Shown here: positions 46,747 to 56,709 of the stretch, one piece after another
How positions within the stretch are numbered: the stretch's first letter is position 1
Layout of the letters: each line of letters starts with the position of its first letter
From: an uncultured Solirubrobacteraceae bacterium
GTDB lineage: Bacteria > Actinomycetota > Thermoleophilia > Solirubrobacterales > Solirubrobacteraceae
Assembly (NCBI GenBank): GCA_963846205.1
Contig: CAWJVB010000011.1
Location: 43,217-107,216, forward strand
Direction: 5' to 3'
Length of the DNA: 64,000 nt
Position numbers and translations under genes: made by a program
The notes under the pieces: generated by a model
The model's database searches: none
What the model was told of the DNA's origin: nothing
What the model saw: the letters and a program-made list of their open reading frames with translations, nothing else

Positions 46747-47145
46747 CTATCGCTCTCGGAGCCCTGCCGCGCGCAACGCCTCGCCGTGGTCGAGAAAGCC
46801 GCGGATACGTGAGATGAGGCCAGAAAAGTCGAAGACCATCCCCAGCGGCGAATCGACCGTCGCCCCACTGGCCTTGCCACGGCCGGTGAGCGCTCCGAGC
46901 ATGACCACGCCGGCGACGTGCTCGCAGAACCGCCCGGGCAGGATCTGGAACGTCTCCCACGCGTCGCTGAGATTCGCGAAGTACCTCTCGGCGCCCGCGT
47001 GTCCGCGGAAGACCTGGCCCTCGATCGCGGTCATCGACGGGTACCACTCGAAGTCCGTGGTTGTCAGTTCCACGAAGGCTGCGACGTCCTCGCCGTTGAA
47101 GGCCTCGATCGCGCGCTTGGCGATCTCCACGTTCTCCTGTGACAT
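46747..47145 (-). CDS. NTF2/SnoaL-like protein (MSQENVE type)
   Basis: MSQENVEIAKRAIEAFN...FRGHAG...GRGKASG...FLDHGEALRAAGL. Confidence 0.9.
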   Translation of the reverse strand: MSQENVEIAKRAIEAFNGEDVAAFVELTTTDFEWYPSMTAIEGQVFRGHAGAERYFANLSDAWETFQILPGRFCEHVAGVVMLGALTGRGKASGATVDSPLGMVFDFSGLISRIRGFLDHGEALRAAGLRER

Positions 47146-47148
47146 CGC

Positions 47149-47547
47149 CTACTGCTCGATGCCGAGGTCGGCGAACGCGCGGTCGCGGTCGTAGTACTGG
47201 ACGATCCTGGTGACCAGGAGGTCTCGCACGTGGAACACACTGGCGCCCTTGCTGTGCACTCTCGCGATCTCGGGGCCGCTGTCCTTCATTTGCCCCGACG
47301 AGCCGTACAGCACGAGAACGCGCTCGCCGTCCAGCTCCCGGTAGTCCTCCGCCGTCACCGTCCAGTCCTGCCACACGTGAATCCAGTCGCGGAAGCCCTC
47401 GTTCATCCCTTGGACGCCGACCCAGGTTCCCCCGAACGCGTCGCCCAGCACGTACTCGATCGCAGGGTCCGCCCAGTCGGCCGAGCTGAAATCGCCTCGC
47501 CCCCAGGCGTCGTATATCGACCGCACGAAGTCCAGGTTCTGCGACAT
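47149..47547 (-). CDS. NTF2/SnoaL-like protein
   Basis: MSQNLDFVRSIYDAWGRGDF...RELDGERVLVL...YYDRDRAFADLG. Confidence 0.9.
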   Translation of the reverse strand: MSQNLDFVRSIYDAWGRGDFSSADWADPAIEYVLGDAFGGTWVGVQGMNEGFRDWIHVWQDWTVTAEDYRELDGERVLVLYGSSGQMKDSGPEIARVHSKGASVFHVRDLLVTRIVQYYDRDRAFADLGIEQ

Positions 47548-47995
47548 CGTGGGTCCAGTATCCCGCAGGGCGGCAGTGACGCAACGAGGAGGACGATGGT
47601 CGACGAGGGATCTGAGAGCCCGCCACCCAGCGCCTCCCGAAGGTCCCTCCCTGGACGGACGACCAGGCGGGACGCTGGATAGGCGCCCGCGCCTAGTCGT
47701 CCTGCGCCGGGATTCGGCCGGCATTGGGCCGTTTCCCGCCGCGAGAGCGCCGGAAACAGATCGATCAGCTGGTTTGCAACGCGTCGGACGTCGAAAGGTA
47801 CGTACGCGACGTGCCTTGAGTAGCGGACGACGATCAGGCGCGAGGCCGGCTGTCCTGCGGGGAGCCGGCAGCCGACCTCGCGCTCAAAGAGGTCCGGGAT
47901 GTCGGCCATTGCCCGGACCATCCGCACCGTTGCCCGAGCTCTGGCGGGGGGAAACAGATCGGCCGATCAACTTAACCGGGTATAGGCCGAGCGGG

Positions 47996-48202
47996 CTAGC
48001 TGCGCGAGTTGCCGTCGTGATCAGCGGAGAGGCCGCGTAACCGCTCGATCTCCAGCCTGGCCTGCTCCGCTTTCAGACGCCTCGCTGCGATGGCGTTCGT
48101 CACCGGTCCCTGCAAGCCCAGGTGCTCGACGACTACTTCGAGCGTAGCTTGGACATCCTCGACCGTGTCTGCGATCTCGTTCAGCGTTCGTGGATTCTTC
48201 AA
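47996..48202 (-). CDS. Small helical hypothetical protein, possibly the tail of a frameshifted gene
   Basis: Coiled-coil-like sequence; preceded by GHA-repeat codons at 48225-48275. Confidence 0.35.
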   Translation of the reverse strand: MKNPRTLNEIADTVEDVQATLEVVVEHLGLQGPVTNAIAARRLKAEQARLEIERLRGLSADHDGNSRS

Positions 48203-48433
48203 GGAACCTCCCCGGTCAGCTCCGCGTGGCCATCATCTCGCGCGTGGCCTGTCAGCTCGCGCGCGTGGCCTGCTTCTTCCCGATCGCCGCAAGCTACAAA
48301 CACACCGCTCCTCGCAGCGCAGCAGCCCGCGGCGAAGCGTAGAGTGCCGACCCCACTACCTCCCCCTGTGCTGGGCGGCCCGCGATCGGCGTGCCGGCGG
48401 CGGTGTCCAAGGTCAAGCGAAAGGATCGGTCCT

Positions 48434-49279
48434 ATGTCGCGTCTCTCTCGTCGTCGACCCCTGAGCGTGGCGCTCGTGGCGTCGCTGCTGGCTGTCGTGA
48501 GCTTCGTGGCGGCACAGGCCGCCACGGCATCGTCGACTCTTCCCACGCTTACGCTCGCGCTCACGAAGTCCTCGATCACTGTCGGGGGAGCCACGCAATC
48601 GGGTGCCGTGAACGTCGTCTCGACCGCGACGGGGACCAAAGAAGCAGCGGCCATCCTGTTCCTCCTCAAACCGGGCGTGACGGTGGCGGAAGTGCAAAGC
48701 GCATTGAAGGGCGGTGTCAAGGATCCCAACACCACGAGCAAGTACGGGACGATCGTGTTCGACGCGGAAGTGACGCCGGGCAAGGCCAGCGAAGCGCAGA
48801 CGATTCTGCAACCCGGTCAGTACGTCGCGCTGATTCCGGGCGAAGGCAAGGGGCCGGAAGTTCACACCTCCTTTACCGTCAGTGCAGCACCATCGCCCGC
48901 TGCTCTGCCGGCGCCGCAAGCCACGATCCGCTCGATCGAGTTCGGCTTTCGCGGTCCGAGCACACTGCGTGACGGGGAGCTGGTTCGCTTCGAAAACGAA
49001 GGCTTCCTGGTGCACATGGACGTCGCGTTCCCCGTCAAGAGCAGGGGTGCGGCCGTCAAGGTCGTCAAGGATCTCAAGGCCGGGAAGGAAAAGGGCCTTG
49101 AAAAACTCGCTGCGGGAATGCCGTTCGAGTTCCAGGGGCCGGTGTCTCATGAAGCCTTCCAGCAAGAGACGATCACCGCAAAGCCAGGCTGGTACGTGCA
49201 GGCCTGCTTCATGGAAACGCAGGATGGACGCAGCCACACGCTCCTGGGCATGGAGCGGATCATCAAGATAGTCAGGTAG
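48434..49279 (+). CDS. Secreted cupredoxin-like protein
   Basis: Signal peptide; NEG..VH and PGWYVQACFM...HTLLGM (His/Cys/His/Met type-1 copper-like set). Confidence 0.7.
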   Translation: MSRLSRRRPLSVALVASLLAVVSFVAAQAATASSTLPTLTLALTKSSITVGGATQSGAVNVVSTATGTKEAAAILFLLKPGVTVAEVQSALKGGVKDPNTTSKYGTIVFDAEVTPGKASEAQTILQPGQYVALIPGEGKGPEVHTSFTVSAAPSPAALPAPQATIRSIEFGFRGPSTLRDGELVRFENEGFLVHMDVAFPVKSRGAAVKVVKDLKAGKEKGLEKLAAGMPFEFQGPVSHEAFQQETITAKPGWYVQACFMETQDGRSHTLLGMERIIKIVR

Positions 49280-49397
49280 AGCTTCCACGGCTCGCCCAAC
49301 GGGCCGCTTCGCGCTGGGCTAGGTAGCCCCGCGCGACGGCCCACGACCCGTGCGGGTGGCGCGCGATTCGCAGCGCGATGCGCGGACCCGCGCACGC

Positions 49398-49592
49398 TCA
49401 CCCGGCGTGGCGCGGCTTGCGATCGAGCTCACCACGCACGATTCGACCGATCACGGCCTGCACGGATGTGTCGTCTTCGGCCGCCCACAGACGAAGCTTG
49501 CGCCACTCTTCCGGCGTCAAGGTCAGCCGCACGGTCTTGACATTCGGGTCTCCTCCTCTCGGGCGAGGAGCCCGACCCTCCCTTTCGATCAC
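49398..49592 (-). CDS. Ribbon-helix-helix-like small DNA-binding protein
   Basis: VRLTLTPEEWRKLRLWAAEDDTSVQAVIGRIVRGEL. Confidence 0.65.
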   Translation of the reverse strand: MIEREGRAPRPRGGDPNVKTVRLTLTPEEWRKLRLWAAEDDTSVQAVIGRIVRGELDRKPRHAG

Positions 49593-49703
49593 CTCGACAG
49601 CTTTCCACGCGCGCTTCTCCGGCGCGGTCCCGCCTACGGGAACGAGCGAGAGCCGTGCGGCCCAACTCCAAGCGGATCCGCTCCGCACCATCGGGCGCTG
49701 GCG

Positions 49704-50678
49704 CTAGCCGAGCCCGTCATACCCCCACAGCGACACGAGGTCGCGCCCGAGGTACTCGCCGAGCGCGACCACCTCCGGCTTGAAGCGTGTGCGCAGCTCG
49801 GTGGTCAACTGCTCGTCGGACGACGGCGGCTCGGCGACTACCACGCGGCGGCGGACCGCGTGAAGGGCGGCTTGGCGCAGGCGCCGCGTCGTCACCAGCT
49901 TGGCGGCTGCCTTGGCGGGCCGGGCGACGCCTGTGCGTCCCAGTGACAGCGATGACAGCAGCGCATCGGCCCGTTGCGATCGATAGCCCCACGTCGTGAC
50001 GTTGGCTTCGACGGCCTCGAGGGGACGCTGCTCGACGTCCAGGAAGCGCAGCACGGTCTGCAGCGTCGCTTCGTTGTCGCTGCGGAAGTCGTCGTAGATC
50101 AGCACCAGCATCTGCTGCGCCGGGAACAGGTCGCGGTAGCGGCTGAGCTGCTCGACGTAGCGCACCTGCTCGGAGTACTGCAGCAGCTGGGGAAGCAGCG
50201 AGCGGGGCGGGATGCGCCTGCCTTCGCGTCGGGCGGACTCGAGCGCCATCGCGGCGCGCAGGTCCTGCTCGTCCTCGTAGTGAATCTGCACGTACGTGGT
50301 GTGCAGCGAGCGCAGGAAGCTCGCCGGCTCGCGCAAGATCGCGACTATGCGAGCCTCGGGTCGTACCTCGGCGATGCGCGCGGCGGCAGTGTGAGAGAAC
50401 AGGTAGGTAGCGGAGGCCTCACCGACTCGCTGGTCGGGCCGGGCGGCGCTGAACAGTGCGAGGTACTCCTGCTCGGTGCGCGGGTTTCGCTCGCCGATGC
50501 CCGCCGCGCGGCGCGGGCGCAGGTCGCTGGCCATGAAGCGCGGCTCCTTCAGCTCGGGCATGTAGATCTGCGGGTGGCCGCGCAGCATCTCGTACAGCGC
50601 GGTGGTTCCGCTCTTGTGGTGGCCGACGATGAAGAAGTCGGGCCACCGGCCGGCGCTCGAATCGAGCGGCGCGGTCAT
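49704..50678 (-). CDS. Sulfotransferase family protein
   Basis: PDFFIVGHHKSGTTAL (PAPS loop), HPQI, KEPRF, GEASATYL, LREP..FL.S. Confidence 0.92.
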   Translation of the reverse strand: MTAPLDSSAGRWPDFFIVGHHKSGTTALYEMLRGHPQIYMPELKEPRFMASDLRPRRAAGIGERNPRTEQEYLALFSAARPDQRVGEASATYLFSHTAAARIAEVRPEARIVAILREPASFLRSLHTTYVQIHYEDEQDLRAAMALESARREGRRIPPRSLLPQLLQYSEQVRYVEQLSRYRDLFPAQQMLVLIYDDFRSDNEATLQTVLRFLDVEQRPLEAVEANVTTWGYRSQRADALLSSLSLGRTGVARPAKAAAKLVTTRRLRQAALHAVRRRVVVAEPPSSDEQLTTELRTRFKPEVVALGEYLGRDLVSLWGYDGLG

Positions 50679-51838
50679 GCGCCCCGCGCGTCCGCCAACG
50701 CGCGCAGCCGCGGCGCGATCGTCCGCCACATCGCGGCCGAGTTGAAGGTCGTGAGTACGTCGCGCCGGCCGCCGGCGGCTATCTCGGCCGCCTCCGCGGG
50801 GCTCCCGAGCACGTGTGCGATGCCGTCTGCCAAGGCCTGCGGGTCGGCGCCGGCGACCGTCCACGTGTTCTCGCCGTGGCGCGTGTAGTCGGCCAGCGCG
50901 GCGGTATCGGTGACTACCGTCGGCGCTTCACAGGACATGGCGTTCAGCAGCACGCTCTGCCCGGTCGGGTAGGCGACATCGGGCTTGACCGGCACCACCA
51001 CCACGGCCGCGCGCTGCAGCAGATCGCGGTAGCGGGCCTTGTCGATCAGGCCGAGCAGCTCCACGTTGGGAGGGATCGTCAGGTCGGCGAGCAGCGGGCG
51101 CGGGCAGACGACCTTGACGGCGTGGTCCAAGCCTGCCACCGCAGCCATGAACGTGCGGTAGTCACGGCCGCGGTCGAGGCCGGCGGCCAGCACGAAGGAG
51201 TCCCGCTCGCCCGCCTCGCCCGTCGGCGCGTCTGCGCCCTGCGGATCGCCGCGCTCACCTGCGGCGCCCGACTCGCGCTCGTCCGGCGGCACGCGGCGCG
51301 GCACGAAGTACTCGGGCTCGGTTCCGAACGGCACGAACAACAGGCGCTGATCGGGGATGCCCAGCCGGTCGGCGAGGATCTCGCGCTGGTTGGTCGACCA
51401 GTACACGAGCAGGTCGATCCCCTGCACGCACTGGCGCAGCCAGGCCCGCTGCCAGCGGGTCGCGACGCGCACGTCGTCGGCCAGCCAGCAAGTCAGCGCG
51501 GCCAGCGGTGTCGTCGACCACGGACGCGCGCCGAGGCGGGCGAGCAGCGAGTGGGCATAGGGCTGCGGCTCGAGCAGCGCCAGCGCGAGGTCCGAGCGAC
51601 GTGTGAGCCCCGAACAGGCGAGGGTGCGGGTGAGCGGCAGCCGGGCGCGGGCTTCGAGCTCTCGCAGCCTGCGTGCCGGCCTCGAGCGAAGCCACGCCGG
51701 CGTCGTCCGCTGCGTGAGCGAGAAGCCGAGTTGCGCGAGGCTCTCCAGCCCGTACGGGGCGAGGCTCGGCTGCAGTCCGTCAAGCGCTTGCTGCTCCCAT
51801 GCCCGCAGGTCGCGCGACGAGTAGATGCTGACGATCAT
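50675..51838 (-). CDS. GT4-like glycosyltransferase
   Basis: FVPFG, AAGLDRGRDY, PTGQSVLLNAM, G.N; ATGA-coupled to the sulfotransferase. Confidence 0.85.
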   Translation of the reverse strand: MIVSIYSSRDLRAWEQQALDGLQPSLAPYGLESLAQLGFSLTQRTTPAWLRSRPARRLRELEARARLPLTRTLACSGLTRRSDLALALLEPQPYAHSLLARLGARPWSTTPLAALTCWLADDVRVATRWQRAWLRQCVQGIDLLVYWSTNQREILADRLGIPDQRLLFVPFGTEPEYFVPRRVPPDERESGAAGERGDPQGADAPTGEAGERDSFVLAAGLDRGRDYRTFMAAVAGLDHAVKVVCPRPLLADLTIPPNVELLGLIDKARYRDLLQRAAVVVVPVKPDVAYPTGQSVLLNAMSCEAPTVVTDTAALADYTRHGENTWTVAGADPQALADGIAHVLGSPAEAAEIAAGGRRDVLTTFNSAAMWRTIAPRLRALADARGA

Positions 51839-51865
51839 GCGTAGAAGCAGGGAAGGGTACCGGCC

Positions 51866-51897
51866 TTGACTTTGCGTCATATCGCGTTTACTTTGCG
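51866..51897 (+). promoter_or_regulatory. Sigma70-type promoter overlapped by an 8-bp direct repeat
   Basis: TTGACT-N17-TACTTT; ACTTTGCG at 51869 and 51890. Confidence 0.55.
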
Positions 51898-51974
51898 GTT
51901 GGCAAGTGCTGGCGGTAGGGCCGTCCGATCGCGGGGTCGAGCGGTACGGCAGCAAGCTAATTACACGGAGGGTT

Positions 51975-54783
51975 ATGGAACTCGGGCCAATGAGTCCGCA
52001 AGAGGCGATGGATCGCTCGCGGCCACGGGTTCGTCCCTCCCGGTCGCGGGTGCTCGCGGGTCCGGCGTCGATGCCCGCGGCTCGACGGCGCATGCTCTTG
52101 AACGCCGGCTTGCTGATCGCTCTCGCGGCGATCGCGATCGCTCTGCCCAGCCTACGTGGCGCGAGCGCCGTGCGCACTGCCGGCGCCCGCACAGGCAACG
52201 CGGGTGTCAGCCTGCCGACGGCCGCGTGGGCGCGCATCTCACAGACCCTGGGAGCGCAGCGGCCCGCGTTTCACGTCGGGGGCGCGCGCGGGAACCTGCG
52301 CGCCGCCAACCCCACGCAGGGCCTGAGTGCGAGCTTCACGCGCTCCGGCGTCGAGCTGGCAGGCGCGAAGGCGCGTCTGCACATCGGCTTGCAGGGGATC
52401 GGTCGCGGCGACGCCTACACGAAGCTTGGCGAGGTGACGCCGTCGGCCAGCGTCAATCGCGTCACCTATCAACACACGAGCGTGGACGAGTGGTTCCTGA
52501 ATGGTCCGCTCGGGTTCGAGCAGGGCTTCACGATCGCGCGGGCTCCGAGCGTGAGCGCCGGTGCGCCGCTGACGCTGGCGATCGCCTTCTCGAGCAACGT
52601 CCGCAGCGATCTCGCGCGCGGCGGACGGGGCGTGACGCTACGCGACGGCGCATCTTCGATTCGCTACGGGGGCTTGATCGCGACCGACGCGCGCGGGCGC
52701 ACGCTGCACAGCTGGCTGCAGCTCGCCGGGGGCAGGTTGCTGCTGCGCGTCGATGACGCGCACGCGCGTTATCCGCTCACGATCGACCCGCTGATCCAGA
52801 CGGGCGGTCGCCTCGCGGTATCCGCCGGCGAACAGTCGCCTCCGAGCTTGCTAGGCGCCAGCGTGGCGCTGTCGGGCGACGGCGACACCGCGCTGGTGGG
52901 CGCCCCGCGCGACGACAACGGTCAGGGCGCGGCGTGGGTGTTCGTCAAGGAAGGCGAAACGTGGAAGCAGCAGGGCGCGAAGCTGACCGCCGGAGAAGCG
53001 GGCGGGACCGGTCAGGAAGACTGCAACGAAGAAGCCGAAGAACCGGGCGAATGCGCGTTCGGCGCGAGCGTGGCGCTGTCGCAGAACGGCGACACCGCGC
53101 TGATCGGCGCGCCGTCGGGCACCGAATCGACGGGCGCCGCGTGGGTGTTCACGCGCACCGGCTCCAGCTGGAGCGCTGCACAGATGCTGGGCACTGGCAA
53201 GGGTCGCTTCGGGCGCAGCGTGGCGCTGTCGGCCGACGGGGCCACGGCCTTGGTCGGTGACCCCTCCGCCAACCTCGAACGCGGCGAAGCCTGGGTGTTC
53301 ACGCTGTCTGGCTCGACGTGGTCCACACAGGCTGCGCTGACCGATCTGGAAGAAAGCCGGCTGCGCTCACTTCGGGCGTGGCGTGGCGCTGTCGGGCGAC
53401 GGCAACACAGCGCTGATCGGCGGCCCGGGCGACAGCAATTATTCGGGCGCCGCATGGAGCTTCACGCGCTCCGGCTCTGCGTGGACCGAAACGGGCAAGC
53501 TGACCGCGCAGGATGGGCGCGCCCACTTCGGCAAGAGCGTGGCGCTGTCGGCTGACGCCAGCACGGCGCTGGTCGGCGGCCCCACCGACGCCGAAAACCG
53601 GGGCGCCGTGTGGGTGTTCGCGGCTTCGGGCTCGTCCTATGCCCAGCCTGGCATCAAGCTGGTCAGCTCGTCCGCCCAGGGCGGTGAAGGCCACTTCGGT
53701 TCGAGCGTCGCGCTGTCGGGCGACGGCAACCGCGCACTGGTCGGGGCGCCGCGCGAAGGCGGCCAGCGGGGGGCGGCGACGGAGTTCGAACGCCCAGGCG
53801 GGGGCTGGAGCGAAGTGCTTCCGGTCGACGGCAGCGAAGCGACCGCTAGAGCTGCCTCGGGGACCGGCGTCGCGCTGTCCGGAAGCGGCGAAACGGCTCT
53901 GGTGGGCGCGCCCCACGACGAAGCACAGACGGGGTCGGCCTGGATCTTCACGTTCGTGCCGGCGAGCGCGGTGCCGGCGCCGGAAGTCTCCAGCGTCGCG
54001 CCCAAGCACGGGCCCACCTCGGGCGGCACGAAGGTGACGATCAGGGGTCGCTTCTTCACGAAGGCTCCGCAGCCGACCGTGACGTTCGGAGCTCAGCCGG
54101 CAACGGAAGTCAAAGTGGAAACCGAATCGCAAATCCAGGTCGTGTCTCCGCCCGAGCCCGAAGGCACCGTGGACGTCAGGGTGCAGACGATGAGCGGCCC
54201 CAGCGCAGTGACAGCAAACGACAAGTTCAAGTACGAAGCGCCGTCGAGCGGTGGCGGCGGGGGAGGGCCCGGGGGAGAAGAACCCACGAAAACCACCACG
54301 TCGAAAAAAGAACCCTCCAAAGGCTCCGCGCCCAGCTCGTCGACCTCCAGCGGCTCGTCGAGTCCGACGCCGTCCGTCGGCGTGCTCGGCGTCAGCGGAG
54401 CCGGCAGCCCGGCGTGCAGGGTCTCGCTGAACAGCAAGCACATCGCCGTGTCGCTCAAGCACAGCGCGGCGATCAGGCTGTTGCGCACCGGCGCGGGCCA
54501 GTGCCGCGGCACGCTGACGCTGCGCTACAGGCAGAAGACGAAAGGCAAGCACTTCAAGCTGCGGACGATCGGCAGCGCTCGCTTCGCGATCTCGCCCGGC
54601 AAGAGCCAGGTCGTCAAGGTGACGCTGAACAAGCTCGGTCGCAAGTTGTTCCGGGCCGGCCACGGCAAGCTCAACGCGAGCGTGGCGGTGCTCAGGACGA
54701 CGCCGGCGCCGACGCTGGCGAAAACGGCGAGCGTGCGCCTCAGCGTTCAGAAGCCGAGCAAGCGCACCCCCGTCAAGAAATAG
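51975..54783 (+). CDS. Large secreted FG-GAP-like beta-propeller + IPT/TIG surface protein, frameshift near 53365
   Basis: About 7 repeats of FGxSVALSxDGxTALVG...GAAWVF; VSSVAPKHGPTSGGTKVTI IPT domain; basic C-terminal domain. Confidence 0.88.
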
Positions 54784-54859
54784 CCGGCGAGCGAGGGCGC
54801 CACTCGAGCAGGGCCGCGGCGGAAGCTGATGCGAGCGGCTTCACTATTGTCGTTCGCCG

Positions 54860-55801
54860 ATGCCTCAAATCCCGATCAACATTGCTGAGCTGGTCGGCGA
54901 CACGCCGCTGGTAGAGCTCTCGCGCATGCTCGAGGGGACGCCGGCGGCGGACGCCGGGACGCGCCTGTTCGCCAAGCTCGAGTCGTTCAATCCGGGCGGC
55001 AGCGTCAAGGACCGGATCGGCGTGGCGATGATCGAGGCGGCCGAGGCCGAGGGCAGGATCGAGCCGGGCCGCACGACGGTCGTCGAGGCGACGAGCGGCA
55101 ACACGGGCATCGCGCTGGCGTTCGTGTGCGCGGCCAAGGGGTATGACCTCGTGCTCACGCTCCCGCAGGGGATGAGCCGCGAGCGCGAGAGCCTGCTGCG
55201 CCTGTACGGGGCACGCGTGGAGGTGACGGAGTCGCTCGGTGGCATGAGCGAGGCTGTGCAGGCGGCGCAGGCGCTGGCGCGCGAGCAGGACGTGTTCCTG
55301 CCCGACCAGTTCACCAACCCGGCCAACCCCGAGGCGCACCGGCGGCGCACCGGCCCCGAGATCGAGCGCGCGCTGGACGGCCGCGTCGACGTGCTGGTGG
55401 CTGGCGTGGGGACCGGCGGCACGATCACCGGCGTGGGCGAGTACCTGCGCGAGCGCAACCCGGATCTGCGCGTGGTGGCGGTCGAGCCAAGCGGCTCGGC
55501 GGTGCTGTCGGGCGGGCAGCCTGGGCCGCACCGCATTCAGGGGATCGGCGCGGGCTTCGTTCCGCCGGTGCTCAACCGCGAGCTGCTCGACGAGGTGATC
55601 GCGGTCTCCGACGAGGACGCGATCCACACCGCCTGGAGCTGCGCCAAGCGGGTCGGCCTGCTCGCCGGCATCTCCTGCGGGGCGGCGCTGTGGGCGGCGC
55701 TGCGGGTCGCCGAGCGTCCCGAGTCGCGGGGCAAGAGGATTGTCGTGATCATGCCCGACTCGGGCGAGCGCTACGTCTCGCAAGCGTTCTTCGCTCCCTG
55801 A
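54860..55801 (+). CDS. cysK: Cysteine synthase A
   Basis: [45 protein letters not shown]. Confidence 0.97.
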   Translation: MPQIPINIAELVGDTPLVELSRMLEGTPAADAGTRLFAKLESFNPGGSVKDRIGVAMIEAAEAEGRIEPGRTTVVEATSGNTGIALAFVCAAKGYDLVLTLPQGMSRERESLLRLYGARVEVTESLGGMSEAVQAAQALAREQDVFLPDQFTNPANPEAHRRRTGPEIERALDGRVDVLVAGVGTGGTITGVGEYLRERNPDLRVVAVEPSGSAVLSGGQPGPHRIQGIGAGFVPPVLNRELLDEVIAVSDEDAIHTAWSCAKRVGLLAGISCGAALWAALRVAERPESRGKRIVVIMPDSGERYVSQAFFAP

Positions 55802-55912
55802 GCGTTTCGTCGTCACTGTTTCCTATGTTGAATGGCGCCCCTGTCGGGGCGTGTGTTGCGTTCGCAGTGAAAAAATGGCTGCGCGAGCAACTATCTAGGC
55901 TACGCTGTGACC

Positions 55913-56650
55913 ATGGCCGGCCTCGAGCTCGCCAGCGTCGTCAAGGAGCTGCGCCGCGACATCCAGGCCGCGCGCACGCGTGACCCGGCCGCGCGCGACG
56001 TCGGCCAGCTGGAGATCCTCGCGACCTGGCCGGGAATCCACGCGCTGCTGGCGCATCGCGTCGCGCACGCGCTCGACGCGGCGGGGGTGAGGTTGCTGCC
56101 CCGCATGATCTCGATGCTGACGCGCACGCTGACGGGGATCGAGATCCATCCCGCCGCGCGCATCGGCGGCGGCCTGTTCATCGATCACGGCACGGGCGTG
56201 GTGATTGGCGAGACGGCCGACATCGGCAACGACGTCACGCTGTATCAAGGGGTTACGCTGGGCGGCACCGGCTTCGCGACGGGCAAGCGTCACCCGACGG
56301 TGCAGGACAACGTGACGATCGGCTCGGGCGCGAAGCTGCTGGGCCCGATCACGATCGGGCACGGCGCCAAGATCGGCGCCAACAGCGTCGTGATCACGGA
56401 CGTGCCGCCGAACTCGACCGTGGTCGGCAACCCCGGGCATCCGGTGCGCGTGGAAGGGCGTCGGGCGGAGGGTCCGGACGCAGACTGGATCCACCTGCCC
56501 GACCCGATCGCCGAGGCGATCCAGGGGCTCGCGAGCCGGATCGGGGCGCTCGAACGAGCGCTCGCCGAGCTGTCCGAGCAGGGGCCCGAGCCGATCGCCG
56601 AGGTGCGCCCGCTGCGCTCGGTCAAGGGGCCCAATCCGGCGGGCGGCTGA
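55913..56650 (+). CDS. cysE: Serine O-acetyltransferase
   Basis: RDPAA, GIEIHPAA, FIDHGTGVVIGET, QGVTLGG, KRHP. Confidence 0.97.
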   Translation: MAGLELASVVKELRRDIQAARTRDPAARDVGQLEILATWPGIHALLAHRVAHALDAAGVRLLPRMISMLTRTLTGIEIHPAARIGGGLFIDHGTGVVIGETADIGNDVTLYQGVTLGGTGFATGKRHPTVQDNVTIGSGAKLLGPITIGHGAKIGANSVVITDVPPNSTVVGNPGHPVRVEGRRAEGPDADWIHLPDPIAEAIQGLASRIGALERALAELSEQGPEPIAEVRPLRSVKGPNPAGG

Positions 56651-56709
56651 GCGCTCCGGCGCTCACGATCGCCGGGCGCGCCGGCCGCACGCACGCCTAT
56701 GCTGAGGCG

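Noticed and set aside
52859-53910. Regularly spaced AGCGTGGCGCTGTCG repeats as a CRISPR-like array
   Set aside because: They encode the SVALS motif of protein propeller repeats; spacing is about 150-200 nt, copies are degenerate and no cas genes are present.
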